A DNA stretch of 64,000 nt from Balanoglossus misakiensis (lineage: Eukaryota; Animalia; Hemichordata): the NCBI GenBank assembly GCA_040954595.2, contig CM082584.2:6963919-7027918 (forward strand), given 5' to 3'. Both the position numbers and the translations under genes were made by a program. Below the pieces are notes generated by a model. That model was given only the letters and a program-made list of their open reading frames with translations. It had not been told where the DNA came from and did not search any database. Below, one piece after another: positions 12,592 to 24,734 of the stretch; position 1 is the first letter of the stretch; every line of letters starts with the position of its first letter.

Positions 12592-14329
12592 GAATGTGTT
12601 GTACACGTGACGTACGTGAAAATTGCGTCAACGCGCCGGGAACATACCACGTAAAATGTATATGACTCTGGTCTTCACATGTTTTGCATTATTATTGAAG
12701 AGGGGGGGCTGTATATGCCACAAGTGATTGTCTCGCATACAAAATGAATACTTAAGTTCGTAAGTAGTGCTACCTCCTTAAACTCAGATAAATCCGTTTG
12801 GCAGTTCCTAAATTAAGACCATGGTTATAGCAACGTATGGTGACAATTATGTGAAGGCGTGTATCAGATTTTGCTCCCATTTTGTATATAAAGCGGGAGC
12901 TTATGGGTACAGTCATCTGTCTGTCTGTCTATAATCTGCACCATCAAGTGGCACCAGGTTCCCACAAATTAATAGATCACACATCATGGGAATAGCAGAA
13001 AACAAAATGCCACAAGAACACTCTACTGTACTGCGTCGAGTGTTGTGGAAGGGGTCGACCACATTGCAACAATTACCCCTAAATAGAAATAAATTTACAA
13101 GGACGTCCACACAATACAAATAATCATGAACACAATGCGCGTATTATTCATGGCGTTCTCACGAAGGGGAGGGTACCCTTGTCTGTGTCTCCACGCAATT
13201 GAACTCCAAGAGGGCGCTGCGTGCTCGAGGTGGTACATGTAATTAGTACATCTTCATCGGCTGCGCAATTATACCTTGTGCATATATACCATTCGATTAT
13301 CAACGGAGGTGTCACTGCGGACGACATTTCATTTTTAAACTCGTCATATGGAACGATGTTCATATGAATGACCTTTGATGATTTATTTTAATCTGCTTTA
13401 TTGTTTGTACGACCATCACAAATGTTTCGTTATATCGTACAGAAAGGACCTGTGTTTTGTTTTCTGCGAACGAGGTTAGAGGTCTTGACAAGGAATACAG
13501 TACTAAGAATTCCATCAGGGATCTGGGAATGTTCATCAACACACCTTTTGGCGACATTGACGGAGGCCATACAATAAGGGACACAGATCTTGGTGTTTAC
13601 ATGTACTCCAAAAGAATCCTATAGCATATTTACCCACTGCGACCTTTTAGAGCTCTCAGGCCTAAAACCTGGGCGCACCGTGTTGACTTTTGCGAATTCA
13701 TGGCCATGGATCAGTACATCAAAACATACAACAGCGTTCGATTCATTCTGACCACTGTCGGATCAAGAAATTGTGAATGATCATCAAAAGTGGTGTCGCC
13801 TCTTTGACAGTAAACGTACGGCGTGTGTATTACCAGTAGCTACTCATCGCCTTCGTTGGAATTCGCCGCTACTGTTACGTAACACAATGCCACTTGGCGT
13901 AGCGCTCTGGCGCTGCACAGCTGTCAAGCATGGGGTATAGAGACCGTGCTCACGAGAAAGCCTACACGTGTATGCTGTACTGCAAGTCCATCGCCGTTTG
14001 CTGTCGTGCATCTTGTGGATATCTCAATCAGCGGGGAACGCTATCTTAGGATTCGTTATCATGTGTTAGGATTATGTCAAATGTATGCACACGAGCTAGC
14101 CCACGTGAAAACACCAGTGTTTGGACTACGATTCGTGCAACTTCAATCTGTGTGAAGATCTCCTCTTGTGACCTTTGGGGAAGAAATGCTGACGGGCGAT
14201 ATATCCCCGCGTACACACCCCTGTTGATGGTGCTCTGTATTCAAATGTTGGCAGGAGAGAGGTAAACCGACAGACTGTGTCAAAATCTGAAGCCGATTGT
14301 CACATTCTTCGCACCCCGCGGCTGTCGAC

Positions 14330-16342
14330 ATGGCCAACTCGGAGCAGCGACGTCGACCCACCAGGTGTTGCATTTTTTCCACTACGTGCCAGGTGAACTT
14401 CTGGCTGACCTTCCTATTGGCCGTCTATCTGTGCCTGGGCGCGCTTGTCTTTCTGACGATCGAGGCCCCGTACCGTGACGGCGACGACGACCCGCCCGAG
14501 TCGAACGTGACGTCGAAAGAGCAACTTTTGAACGCCTTGTGGAGTCTGAAGACCGTCGACCGCGATGTGTGGACCCGCTCTGCGAACGCTGTCATCAGCG
14601 AGTACGAAGTTACCATTCTTGGCGACTACGCTTCGACCTCGTCTGGTCGTCCGTGGAACTTCCCGACTTGCATCTATATGGTGGTGATGGCCGTAACGAC
14701 CATAGGTGAGTCCCGCGTCTCCGGCGTAACAACTGTTTTCCAAATTCATTCTGTAGTCTTCAAGACAACGATCATCCCTGGTGCCGGTGATAGGGATATC
14801 AGACGAGTTACTGTAATCCTTATCATCTTAGATTTGGTTGCAGACTCGTAATAAGCGGGTAGCCAGCCCCCAAATCTGCCTATCCTCAACTGGTGTCAGT
14901 ATTTCGTAAATATTCCGTACACAAATCCCACAGTTCGATTTACCGTATCGTCAAAATGTCCAATCGTGATGTATACATTGTACTTCGGTGGCTTTTATAC
15001 GTTTAGGTTAATCACGTGGGTATCATGATTTAAAACACGCTTCCAGCTAGTTTTAATTAAAAGATAGTACTTCTTGGTTATCGCTGCAGGCTATGGTGAC
15101 GTGGCGCCCGTAACACAGACTGGCCGATTCTTGATGATCTTCTACAGTGTGCTCGGAGTGCCGCTGAATTTACTGTTTCTGTCGAACTTCGGCATTCTGG
15201 TGGCGTCGTTCACCTCCAGAAAGTTTTCGAAACTCGGCAAAGCTGTGAAGAAAACGGGGAAGAACATCAGCAGCCGACTCAAAGGCGGCGACACGTCGAT
15301 GGATTTGATGAGTTCAAGTCCCGGGAATGATGCATGGCGGGAGAACTGGCACTACAGGCTAAGCGAGACTCTGGTTCACGCGCCCCAGCTGCAAGGGCAC
15401 AGCAATGCAAACTGCACATCAGTAGACGAGACGACGTTCGTTGGTACTATGGCTGATGGAGACGACACGGGTGATGGTGAACTGTCAAACGAGACAATCC
15501 AAGAGTCGGCGAGCGGGAATACCACAATGAACGGCTCAGCGAATGCAACGGGAAGCGCTCAAATGGTCGGCAGTGATTCGGACGAGTATGAACTCTCGGA
15601 AGTGCAAGACTCAAGGTCCGGTGACGCACAGTGTAACCCTGGGGTGTTGACACGAGATTGCGGCGACTCAAACGACATGAATGGTAACTGCAAGTATCGA
15701 GCGAAAGACTCGGTCAAATCCGAGGAATCGCTGTCCGATGACGAAGTATCGCGGCCCGGTGACTCGGCAAGTGTACAGCCGGAAAGTGATGGGGGCGCCA
15801 GTGACGGAAATTTGAGTCAGTGCCGAGACCGAAATTCTGTCAAACCACACATTGTGGTCGAACTCAACAGTGAGGACCTCTCTGAAATGACACAAGATGA
15901 GAATGACATAGAAAATCAAACACCTGAGGGCGTACACGATCTAGACGATAACGCGCCAATCATTGACTCGGATTCAGAGGCAAAGGGCAAGGCCCTTGGC
16001 ACGCTGTCTGTGATCTACGTCATTTACACGGTTCTGGGCGGGCTGTTTCTCTACCTGACCGAGTATGACTGGACGTACATAGACGCCATTTACTGCACCT
16101 TCATAACACTGTCAACAATTGGGTTTGGTGATCTGATCCCAGGCGGCGGCAAGTTGCAAGATTTCGCCGCCATGAGTGTGATGAGCTACCTGCTGTTTAC
16201 GTACGTCGGCTTGGTTATTTTCTCTGCCTGCTTCGCGCTGTCGTTGGACAAAATCAGATATGTTGCACGGAAGATCCGAAGAAGAATCGACATTTGTGGC
16301 TGTTGTGGTCAAGACGGGCCAGGCTCAGATTCAGAAAAGTAG
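14330..16342 (+). CDS. K2P potassium channel 4 (triplicate copy A); join(14330..14705,15090..16342), ~542 aa
   Basis: M1 YLCLGALVFLTIE; P1 TTIG|YGD (GTGAGT...CTGCAG); ~260 aa acidic loop; P2 STIGFGD. Confidence 0.92.
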
Positions 16343-17152
16343 ACCACGTGATCCTACTCACCGGAAGAGAGGCCAATTCTGGCTATTACTTTATAGGGGC
16401 ATGTTAGCTCCTGGACCAAGTATAGCAAGATCGAGAATTTGGACGAAAAGTCGTTTTGGTTGTATTGATTTCCAATTGTCATGCATTATTCGTGTCTCGC
16501 ATGTGGTAAAGCCTAAAGCGAAATGCAACCATTGGGCCAATGAGCAGTTTCGTTCTCGCCAGATGGATCGCTTCTGCATTTATGAGGACGGAAATAAAAT
16601 GTTAATTTTTGGATGGTGGTGCCTGTCATTTACTGTGCTGTCGCTATACATATTCATTCTTCCACAGGGAAGCCCATTCCACCAACTGTGAGGCCTGGTA
16701 GAAAACGGGGGGGGGGGGCACGCCCATGGGAAGGGTATACACATATGTACCGCGATTTTTGGCCACCACTGTAATACTGTACCGGGCAAGCCCATCACCG
16801 GTTGCTGTTGTGCATCCTGTAGAGAGAAGACCCGCCCCAAAATATCTCAATCACTGGGGAACACTTTTATATTCGTTATCATTTATTACGCATGTCAAAT
16901 GCGCGCACACATGATAGCCCACGTGGAAACACCAATGTTTGGACTACGATTCGTGCTACATGTGCATGACTTCCCCTGATGACGCAGCCTTTAGGAAGAA
17001 ATGCTGACGCGGGCGATATATCCCCCCATTCATACACACCCTTATTGATGTTCTTGCTCTGTATTCAAATATTGGCGGAAGAGAGATAGACCAATAGTCA
17101 GAGTCTGAAGCCGACGTTATAACATTCTGTGCGCCGACGTCTGTCCGGCGAC

Positions 17153-18963
17153 ATGGCCAACTCGGAGCGACGTCGACCCACCAGGTGTTGCATTTTTTCC
17201 ACTAAGTGCCAGGTGAACTTCTGGCTGACCTTCCTATTGGCCGTCTATCTGTGCCTGGGCGCGCTTGTCTTTCTGTTGATCGAGGCCCCGTACCGAGACG
17301 GCGACGAAGACCCGCCCGAGACGAACGTGACGACGACGACGACGTCGTCGAAAGAGCAACTTCTGGACGCGTTGTGGAGTCTTAAGAGTGCCGATCGCGA
17401 TGAGTGGACCCGCTCAGCGAACGCCGCCATCAGCGAGTACGAAGTCACCATTATTCTTGACGACTACCGCGCAACGTCGTCTGAGCGTCCGTGGAACTTT
17501 GCAACGTGCATGTATATGGTGGTGATGGCTATAACGACCATAGGTGAGTCCCACGTCATAACGGTTTTCCAAAATGAGTTTGTGCGCCACTTTACATTTT
17601 ATCTCCGTTGCCGGTGGGGATGGGGTTATCAGACGATTAATTATCATCTCACTGACACCTTTGAATACTGTGACCCAATGGTTTCAATGAACACAGCTTG
17701 TCAGCAAACCAGACAACCCTGCCTATCCTCAACCTGTTAAGTATTTTATACCTACATATATTTCTACCAAAACCGCCAAAGTTAGATTGCCTGCATCGTC
17801 AAAATGCCCCATCATTGTCAAGTTACTAATTCTCGGTTACCGCTACAGGATATGGTGACGTGGCGCCAATAACACAGACTGGCCGATTCTTGATGATCTT
17901 CTACAATGTGCTCGGAGTGCCTCTAAATTTACTGTTTCTGTCGAACTTCGGCATCCTTTTGGCGAAATTCACCTCCAGAAGGTTTGCGAAGCTCGGCAAA
18001 AATGTGAAGTACCTCAGTGGCCGGATCAAAGTGTGCTGTGCGAGAACTCAGGCTGGTGTCTCGGACGGCGAGACACAAGTTCACGCGCCCCAGGGACAGA
18101 ACAATGCAAATTGCACAGTAACGGACGAGACTACATGTGGTGGAAGTACGGCAAATGGCGACCACACGGGTGATGGTGAACTATCAAACAAGACAATCCA
18201 AGAGTCGGTGAATACCACAATGCACGGCTCAGCGAATGCAACGGGTAGCGTTCAAATGGTCGGCAGTGAATCAGACGTGTATGAACTCTCGGAAGTGCAA
18301 GACGCAAAGTCCGAGGTCGCGCGGGAAACCACCAGCGAAACGAATGGTAACTACAAGTGTCGAGCGACAGACGTGGACAAGGCCGATGAGTCAATGTCCG
18401 ATAACGAAGTATCACGGCCAGGTGACTTGGTAAATGTACAATCGGAAAGTAATGGGTGCGCCAGTGATGGAAATTTCGGTCAGTGCCAAAATCAAAATTC
18501 CGAACCCAACAATGCGGACATCTCTGAAATGACACAACACGAGAATGACGTTGAGGCTCGAACAGCTGAGGACGTTGACGACATAGACGCGCCAATTATA
18601 GACTCGGACCCAGAGGCAAAAGGCAAGGCCCTTGGCACGTTGTCCGTAATCTACTTCGTGTACACAGTTCTCGGCGGGCTCTTTCTGTACTTCACCGAGA
18701 ACGGCTGGACGTACATAGACGCCATTTACTGCACTTTCATCTCGCTAGCAACAATTGGGTTTGGTGATCTGATCCCCGGCGCCGGCAAGCAGCGAGATGT
18801 CGCCGGCCTGAGTCTGATGAGCTACCTGTTGTTCACATACATCGGTCTGATTATTTTCTCTGCCTGCTTTGCGCTTTCGGTGGAGAAAATCATATATGTT
18901 GCACGGAAGATCCGTAGAAAAATCGACATTTGTGGCTGTTGTGGTAAAGATGTACCAGGCTGA
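17153..18963 (+). CDS. K2P potassium channel 5 (copy B); join(17153..17543,17849..18963), ~501 aa
   Basis: Close paralog of channels 4 and 6; P1 TTIG|YGD (GTGAGT...CTACAG); P2 ATIGFGD; frame intact. Confidence 0.92.
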
Positions 18964-19192
18964 GGCTCGGAAAAGTTGACCACGTGATGCTACGCACTGA
19001 AAAATAGGCAAATTCTGGCTATTGTTTTATAGGGGTGTGTTAGCTCCTGCACCAAGTATAGCAAGATCGAGAATTTGGACGAAAAGACTGCCGCATAACG
19101 TTTTGGTGTCATACAATATTCGAGTCGCGCATGTGGTAAAGCCTCAAACGAAATGCAACCACGGGACCAATGGACAGTTTCGTTCTCGTTTT

Positions 19193-19219
19193 GACTGACT
19201 GACTGACTGACTGACTGAC
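19193..19219. repeat. (GACT)n microsatellite
   Basis: Direct reading; present only in the 3' flank of copy B. Confidence 0.85.
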
Positions 19220-20032
19220 AATCACGAGACATCCACTGCTTGGCACAGTTTACACGCCGGATAGATCGCTTCTGCATTTGTGAGGACGGAAATAAAATGT
19301 TAGTTTTTGGATAGTGGTGCTTGTCATTTACTGTGCTGTCGCTATACGTATTCATTCTTCCACAGGGAAGCCTATTCCACCAACTGTGAGGCCTGGTAGA
19401 AAACGGGGGGGGGGGCACGCCCATGGGAAGGGTATACACATATGTACCGCGATTTTTACATCCTTTTCGCCTCACGTACCTTGACTAGTACGAATTATTT
19501 TCATGGTCCACGCCTTTCCAACTCGTAGATGACCAGAAAAAAACTGGCATTTGAATTAAAGTCCTAGCCAATCTCAACGAATGCTTCTCGAAAATCAAAG
19601 TCTTAAACCTTTTCACATATTTTGTTCAAGGCAACTTTAGACTGATTGTTCTCCCCTAACCACGTGGGCAAAACAGTATTCAGTTCATTCTGACCACCGT
19701 CGTATCAAGACCATGCTATCGAGTTGGCATGGCCACCACTGTAATACTGTAAGCCCATCACCGGTTGCTGTCGTGTATCCTGCGGAGAGAAGACCCGCCC
19801 CAAAATATCTCAATCACCAGGGAACACTATTTCTAAATTCGTTATCATTTATTACGCATGTCAACTACAAGCAGACAAGATAGCCCACGTGGAAACACCA
19901 ATGTTTTGACTACGATTCGTATACTATTTGTATTTCAATCTTTGTGAACTATTGGCGGAAGAGAGATAGACCGATAGTCAATGTCTGAAGCCGACGTTAT
20001 TACATTCTGCGCGCCGACGTCTGTTCGGCGAC

Positions 20033-21867
20033 ATGGCCAACTCGGAGCGACGTCGACCCACCAGGTGTTGCATTTTTTCCACTACGTGCCAGGTGAACTT
20101 CTGGCTGACCTTCCTATTGGCCGTCTATCTGTGCCTGGGCGCGCTTGTCTTTCTGTTGATCGAGGCCCCGTACCGGGACGGCGACGAAGACCCGCCCGAA
20201 ACGAACGTGACGACGACGACGACGATGTCGAAAAAGCAACTTTTGGACGCGTTGTGGAGTCTTAAGAGTGCCGATCGCGATGTGTGGACCCGCTCAGCGA
20301 GCGCCGCTATCAACGAGTACGAAATCACCATTATTCTTGACAACTACCGCGCAACGTCGTCTGAGCGTCCGTGGAACTTTGCAACATGCATGTATATGGT
20401 GGTGATGGCTATAACGACCATAGGTGAGTCCCACGTCTCCGGCGTCATCACGGTTTTCCAAAATGAGTTTGTGCTCCACTTCATATTTCATCTTCGTTAA
20501 TTGCCGGTGGGGATGGGGTTATCAGACGATTAATTATCATCTCACTGACACCTTTGAATAGGGTGCAATGAACACGGCTTGTCAGCAAACCAGACAACCC
20601 TGCCTATCCTCAACCTGTACAATGTCAGTATTTTATACCTATTTCTACAAAAACCGCCAAAGTTAGATTGTCTGCATCGTCAAAATGTCCAATCATAGTC
20701 AAGATACTAATTCTTGGTTATCGCTATACAGGTTATGGTGACGTGGCGCCCATAACACAGACTGGCCGATTCTTGATGATCTTCTACAATGGGCTCGGAG
20801 TGCCGCTGAATTTGTTGTTTCTGTCGAACTTCGGCATCCTTTTGGCGTCATTCACCTCCACAATGTTTGCGAAGCTCGGCAAAACTGTGAAGAGCCTCAG
20901 TGGCCGGATCAAAGTGAGCTGTGCGGGAACTCAGGTTGGTGTCTCGGACAGCGAGTCACAAGTTCACGTGCCCCAGGGGCAAAACAATGCAAATTGCACA
21001 GTAACGGACGAGACGACATGCGGTGGTACAACGACTGATGGAGACCACACGGGTGATGGTGAACTGTCAAACGAGACAAACCGAGAGTCGGCGCGCGGGG
21101 ATACCACAATGAACGGCTCAGCCAATGCAACGGGTAGCGTTCAAATGGTCGGCTGTGAATCAGACGAGTATGAACTCTCGGAAGTGCAAGACGCGAAGTC
21201 CGAGGTCGCGCGGGAAACTACCAGCGAATCGAATGGTAACTACAAGAATCGAGCGAAAGGCTTGGGCCAATCCGAGGAATCAGTGCCCGATGACGAAGTA
21301 TCCCTGCCTAGTGACTTGTTAAATGTACAATCGGAAAGTGATGGGTGCGCCAGTGATGAAAATTTCAGTCAGTGCCAAAATCAAAATTCCGAACCCAACA
21401 ATGCGGACATCTCTGAAATGACACAAAATGAGAATGGCGTTGTGGATCGAACAGCTGAGGGCGTACACGATCTAGACTATAACGCGCCAATTGACCTGGA
21501 CCAATTGCAAGAAGCAAATAGCAAGGCTCTTGGTACGCTGTCTGTGATCTACGTCATTTACACGGTTCTGGGCGGGCTGTTTCTGTACTTCACCGAGAAC
21601 GGCTGGACGTACATAGACGCCATTTACTGCACTTTCATCTCGCTAGCAACAATTGGATTTGGTGATCTAATCCCCGGCGCTGGCAAACAGCGAGATGTCG
21701 CCGGCCTGAGTCTGATGAGCTACCTGTTGTTCATATACATCGGTCTGATTATTTTCTCTGCCTGCTTTGCTCTGTCGGTGGAGAAAATCAAATACATGTA
21801 TGCTGCACTGTATTGCCGTAGAAAAATCGATATCTGTGGTTGTTGTGGTCATGATGTACCTGGCTGA
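20033..21867 (+). CDS. K2P potassium channel 6 (copy C); join(20033..20423,20732..21867), ~508 aa
   Basis: Close paralog of channels 4 and 5; P1 TTIG|YGD (GTGAGT...ATACAG); P2 ATIGFGD; frame intact. Confidence 0.92.
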
Positions 21868-24682
21868 GACTTAGAAAAGTAGACCACGTGATTCTACGCA
21901 CTGAAAAAGCGGCCAATTCTGGCTATTACTTTATAGGGGTGTGTTAGCTCCTGGACCAAGTAGCAGATCGAGAATTTTGACGTCATGCTTCTATATCCAA
22001 CATACTACGCATAACTGTTTGGTTGTATTGCTTATTAATAATGAACAGTTTCCTCCTCGTTTCGACTGACTACACTGACGTTCATGAGACATATTTTTGC
22101 AAAGCACACGGTTACACAGCAGATCTCTTTGGCATTTTTCAAAATGTCGCCGTCCTATTATCATTTGAATACGCATTTTGCTAGCTTTGCGAGGAAGGTA
22201 GAAAATAAATGTTAATTTTCAGACAGTGATGCTCGGCGTCTTTTACTATGCATTGTTCTAGAGGTAAACATATTCCACCAATCGTGAGGCCTGGTAGACA
22301 ACAGGGGGGGGGGGCACTCCCATGGGAAGGGTATACACGTATATGTACCGCGATTTCAAGTTTACATCCTTTTCCCCTCACCTATGGACCTTTGACCAGC
22401 ACGACCCATCTCTTCCGCCACACCTGCGACCCACTTGACCCCTGACGCATCATTTTGAAGATATTTATAATTTTGACGACAATATTTGACCAAAATTGCT
22501 GACTATTGTTTACTTCCCATAAAACAATTGCGAACACAATGCTCTTGGCGAGATCAGCAGTCGTCTTGTTGAATAATGAGATAAATCTATCGAACAATCC
22601 ATCATGGCTACCTGAATGAAACAAACGCCCGTAGCTATGGCGACTGCTGGGCATAACCCGGTGACCCCATGTATGTGCCTGATTGGTCGATACCACCCCG
22701 AGGGCGAGGCGTCACCAGAACTGTTTTCATCTCTGAAGCCGTTTTCAATGTTTTTTGTCAGATATTTTAAACACTGTCGAGGTTTTTGGCTTCAAATTCA
22801 GTGTGCTATTAACACATTAGTGTTATAGGGGAAGGGGAAAAAGACTCTAGAAAAGAAAAGAAAAGAAAACTGTCAGAAATACCAATTACATGTACTATCC
22901 TTAAACACGAAAGACTACCGGAACATGCCCATTTATAATCAGCGAGTGTCCTTCAGAAACCAAGGAGGAACCAAAGTGATAAGTTTATCGGACTATGTTA
23001 CTGATTGTCAATCCCGCGGTAAATATTGACCATTCGATTCGATTTGATAACCTATCTAACGAGGTTAGACACGGCTCCTGTCTTTCTTGTTTGCCAAACC
23101 TTACCCAAATGTACGAGTCACGTACAGCCACAAATATCTGTGTTTTCAAGGGCTACACAAATCGGGAGGTGAATTTGGACAGTAAGTTCGTATATTTCAT
23201 AGCGAAAGTGGTAAACGATAATCAAGGCTGAGGATTTCTATCTCACGGTAGTTTCTATATTTACTGACAACAGTTCGTTGAGATATGAACCGCGCCGCCC
23301 CGTGACAATCCAGGGAGATAACACAGGGTTTGAGGAAAAGTTTACTGTATACTGTACTGTTTGTCGAAAATGCTAGTGTAAGCCACATTTTGATATATTT
23401 ATTAATGATAAAATAGGTACCAGATACAATAATTGTAAAAAAAAAATCAATTTCACGAAAATACTTTCGCTGCTGCCCTATACCAGCATCTAAAGTTCAA
23501 CTGAAGCCATGATACGCCCTCTTTAGTCGGAATGGACATTTGTCCAGTGCTATGTAAATTGAGAGATGTATATTCGAAGAATTACGAGCGTTTTATTATT
23601 ATTGGTATACACGTATTCATATATAAATGTGACCTCGACGATCAAAGGGGCCCGTTTCAACAAAGAAGACCCGGTTAGTTACCGAGAGAGAGCACACTCT
23701 TTAAACTGTTGTCATAAAGGCCAAATATTACAACCGAACTTATTTTATTGCCATTATTTGTTACTGGTTGCGGCCTGAACCAGTTGGTTAAAGGGAATGG
23801 GTCGTCGCGTCGCGAGGGTGCCCCCCCCCCCCCCTTGATGAGAATATGTCCTCTCATACCAGCCCAAATCCCACTGCAGTCGCCATGCACGACCTACTAG
23901 GATCTTTAGTTGCTCTCATGCCCTGTCTTGGCTATGCTACGGTTGGCCAAAATCGCCGATTTCCCATTCATTCATTCGTGGATATCATTTTTTAACAACT
24001 TTTGAAAGTACATGTAGTATTGTCAAGCTTTGTACGTCGACGTGGTGATTTTTGGCCTGTCTCGACAATAATAACAGGACCAGGGTCTAATTTTCTCAAT
24101 TTACGCGTGATGTCCGCAAGCCATGAACCTTTGTCTACTGGATAGCCACCACTAGAGGGTGTAGTTTAGGCTACACAAACTCGTAGTATCGATTTCGTTG
24201 ACTCTTCGGCCTTGTATTTTCAACCTGCGAACTGATCTACTTAGTGTAATCGTCAAAATGTATAAAAATAGATCGCACTAATAATGGCTAATGAAGTACT
24301 TATTACATCTATTAATAAATTGCCTTCTGTGAAGAGTCCTACAGCGACTGGCTTTTTGTGTGTGTTCGTGATGTGCAGAAAGACCGACTGTAGCAGTAGT
24401 GTAAACTACTAGTATTAGGCTTGCGGCGATTCCAGATGGGTCGCCGCGTCCTATCTTTTGAAACCGTAGAATCGGGCGTCCGATAACCGTCACGTATAGT
24501 TGCTACATGATAAAACATGCTTGCCGCAGACGATGCAATTGTTAGAGGTTAACAGGTAGATCCGACCCACAATCTCTAATACACCTCAGTTCACAGACGT
24601 CCTCAATTGGCCTGTGTCGACCAATCGAATGGCATTTTGCATTGTTAAAGAGAAAAACAGTAAACAGACTGTATATTTAGAA

Positions 24683-24734
24683 TTTGTAATACATATCGTA
24701 GCCAGGTGTTTGTAATACATATCGTAGCCAGGTG
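24683..24734. repeat. 26 bp direct tandem duplication tttgtaatacatatcgtagccaggtg x2
   Basis: Direct reading. Confidence 0.85.

Larger units (their letters stand above)
13730..22390 (+). repeat. Tandem segmental triplication (~2.8-2.9 kb unit) carrying K2P genes 4-6
   Basis: Shared 5' flanks (gcccacgtg.aaacacca.tgttt.gactacgattcgt at ~14099, ~16917, ~19883), introns and 3' flanks (gaggcctggtaga...catgggaagggtatacac at ~16690, ~19388, ~22285). Boundaries approximate. Confidence 0.85.

Noticed and set aside
18955-21882. TGA in K2P-5 and K2P-6 where K2P-4 has TCA, with a short in-frame tail after it (DLEK* in K2P-6): readthrough or selenocysteine?
   Set aside because: A shared TCA->TGA nonsense change trimming 5 residues is simpler. 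No SECIS was recognised, and the downstream stop has decayed in K2P-5.
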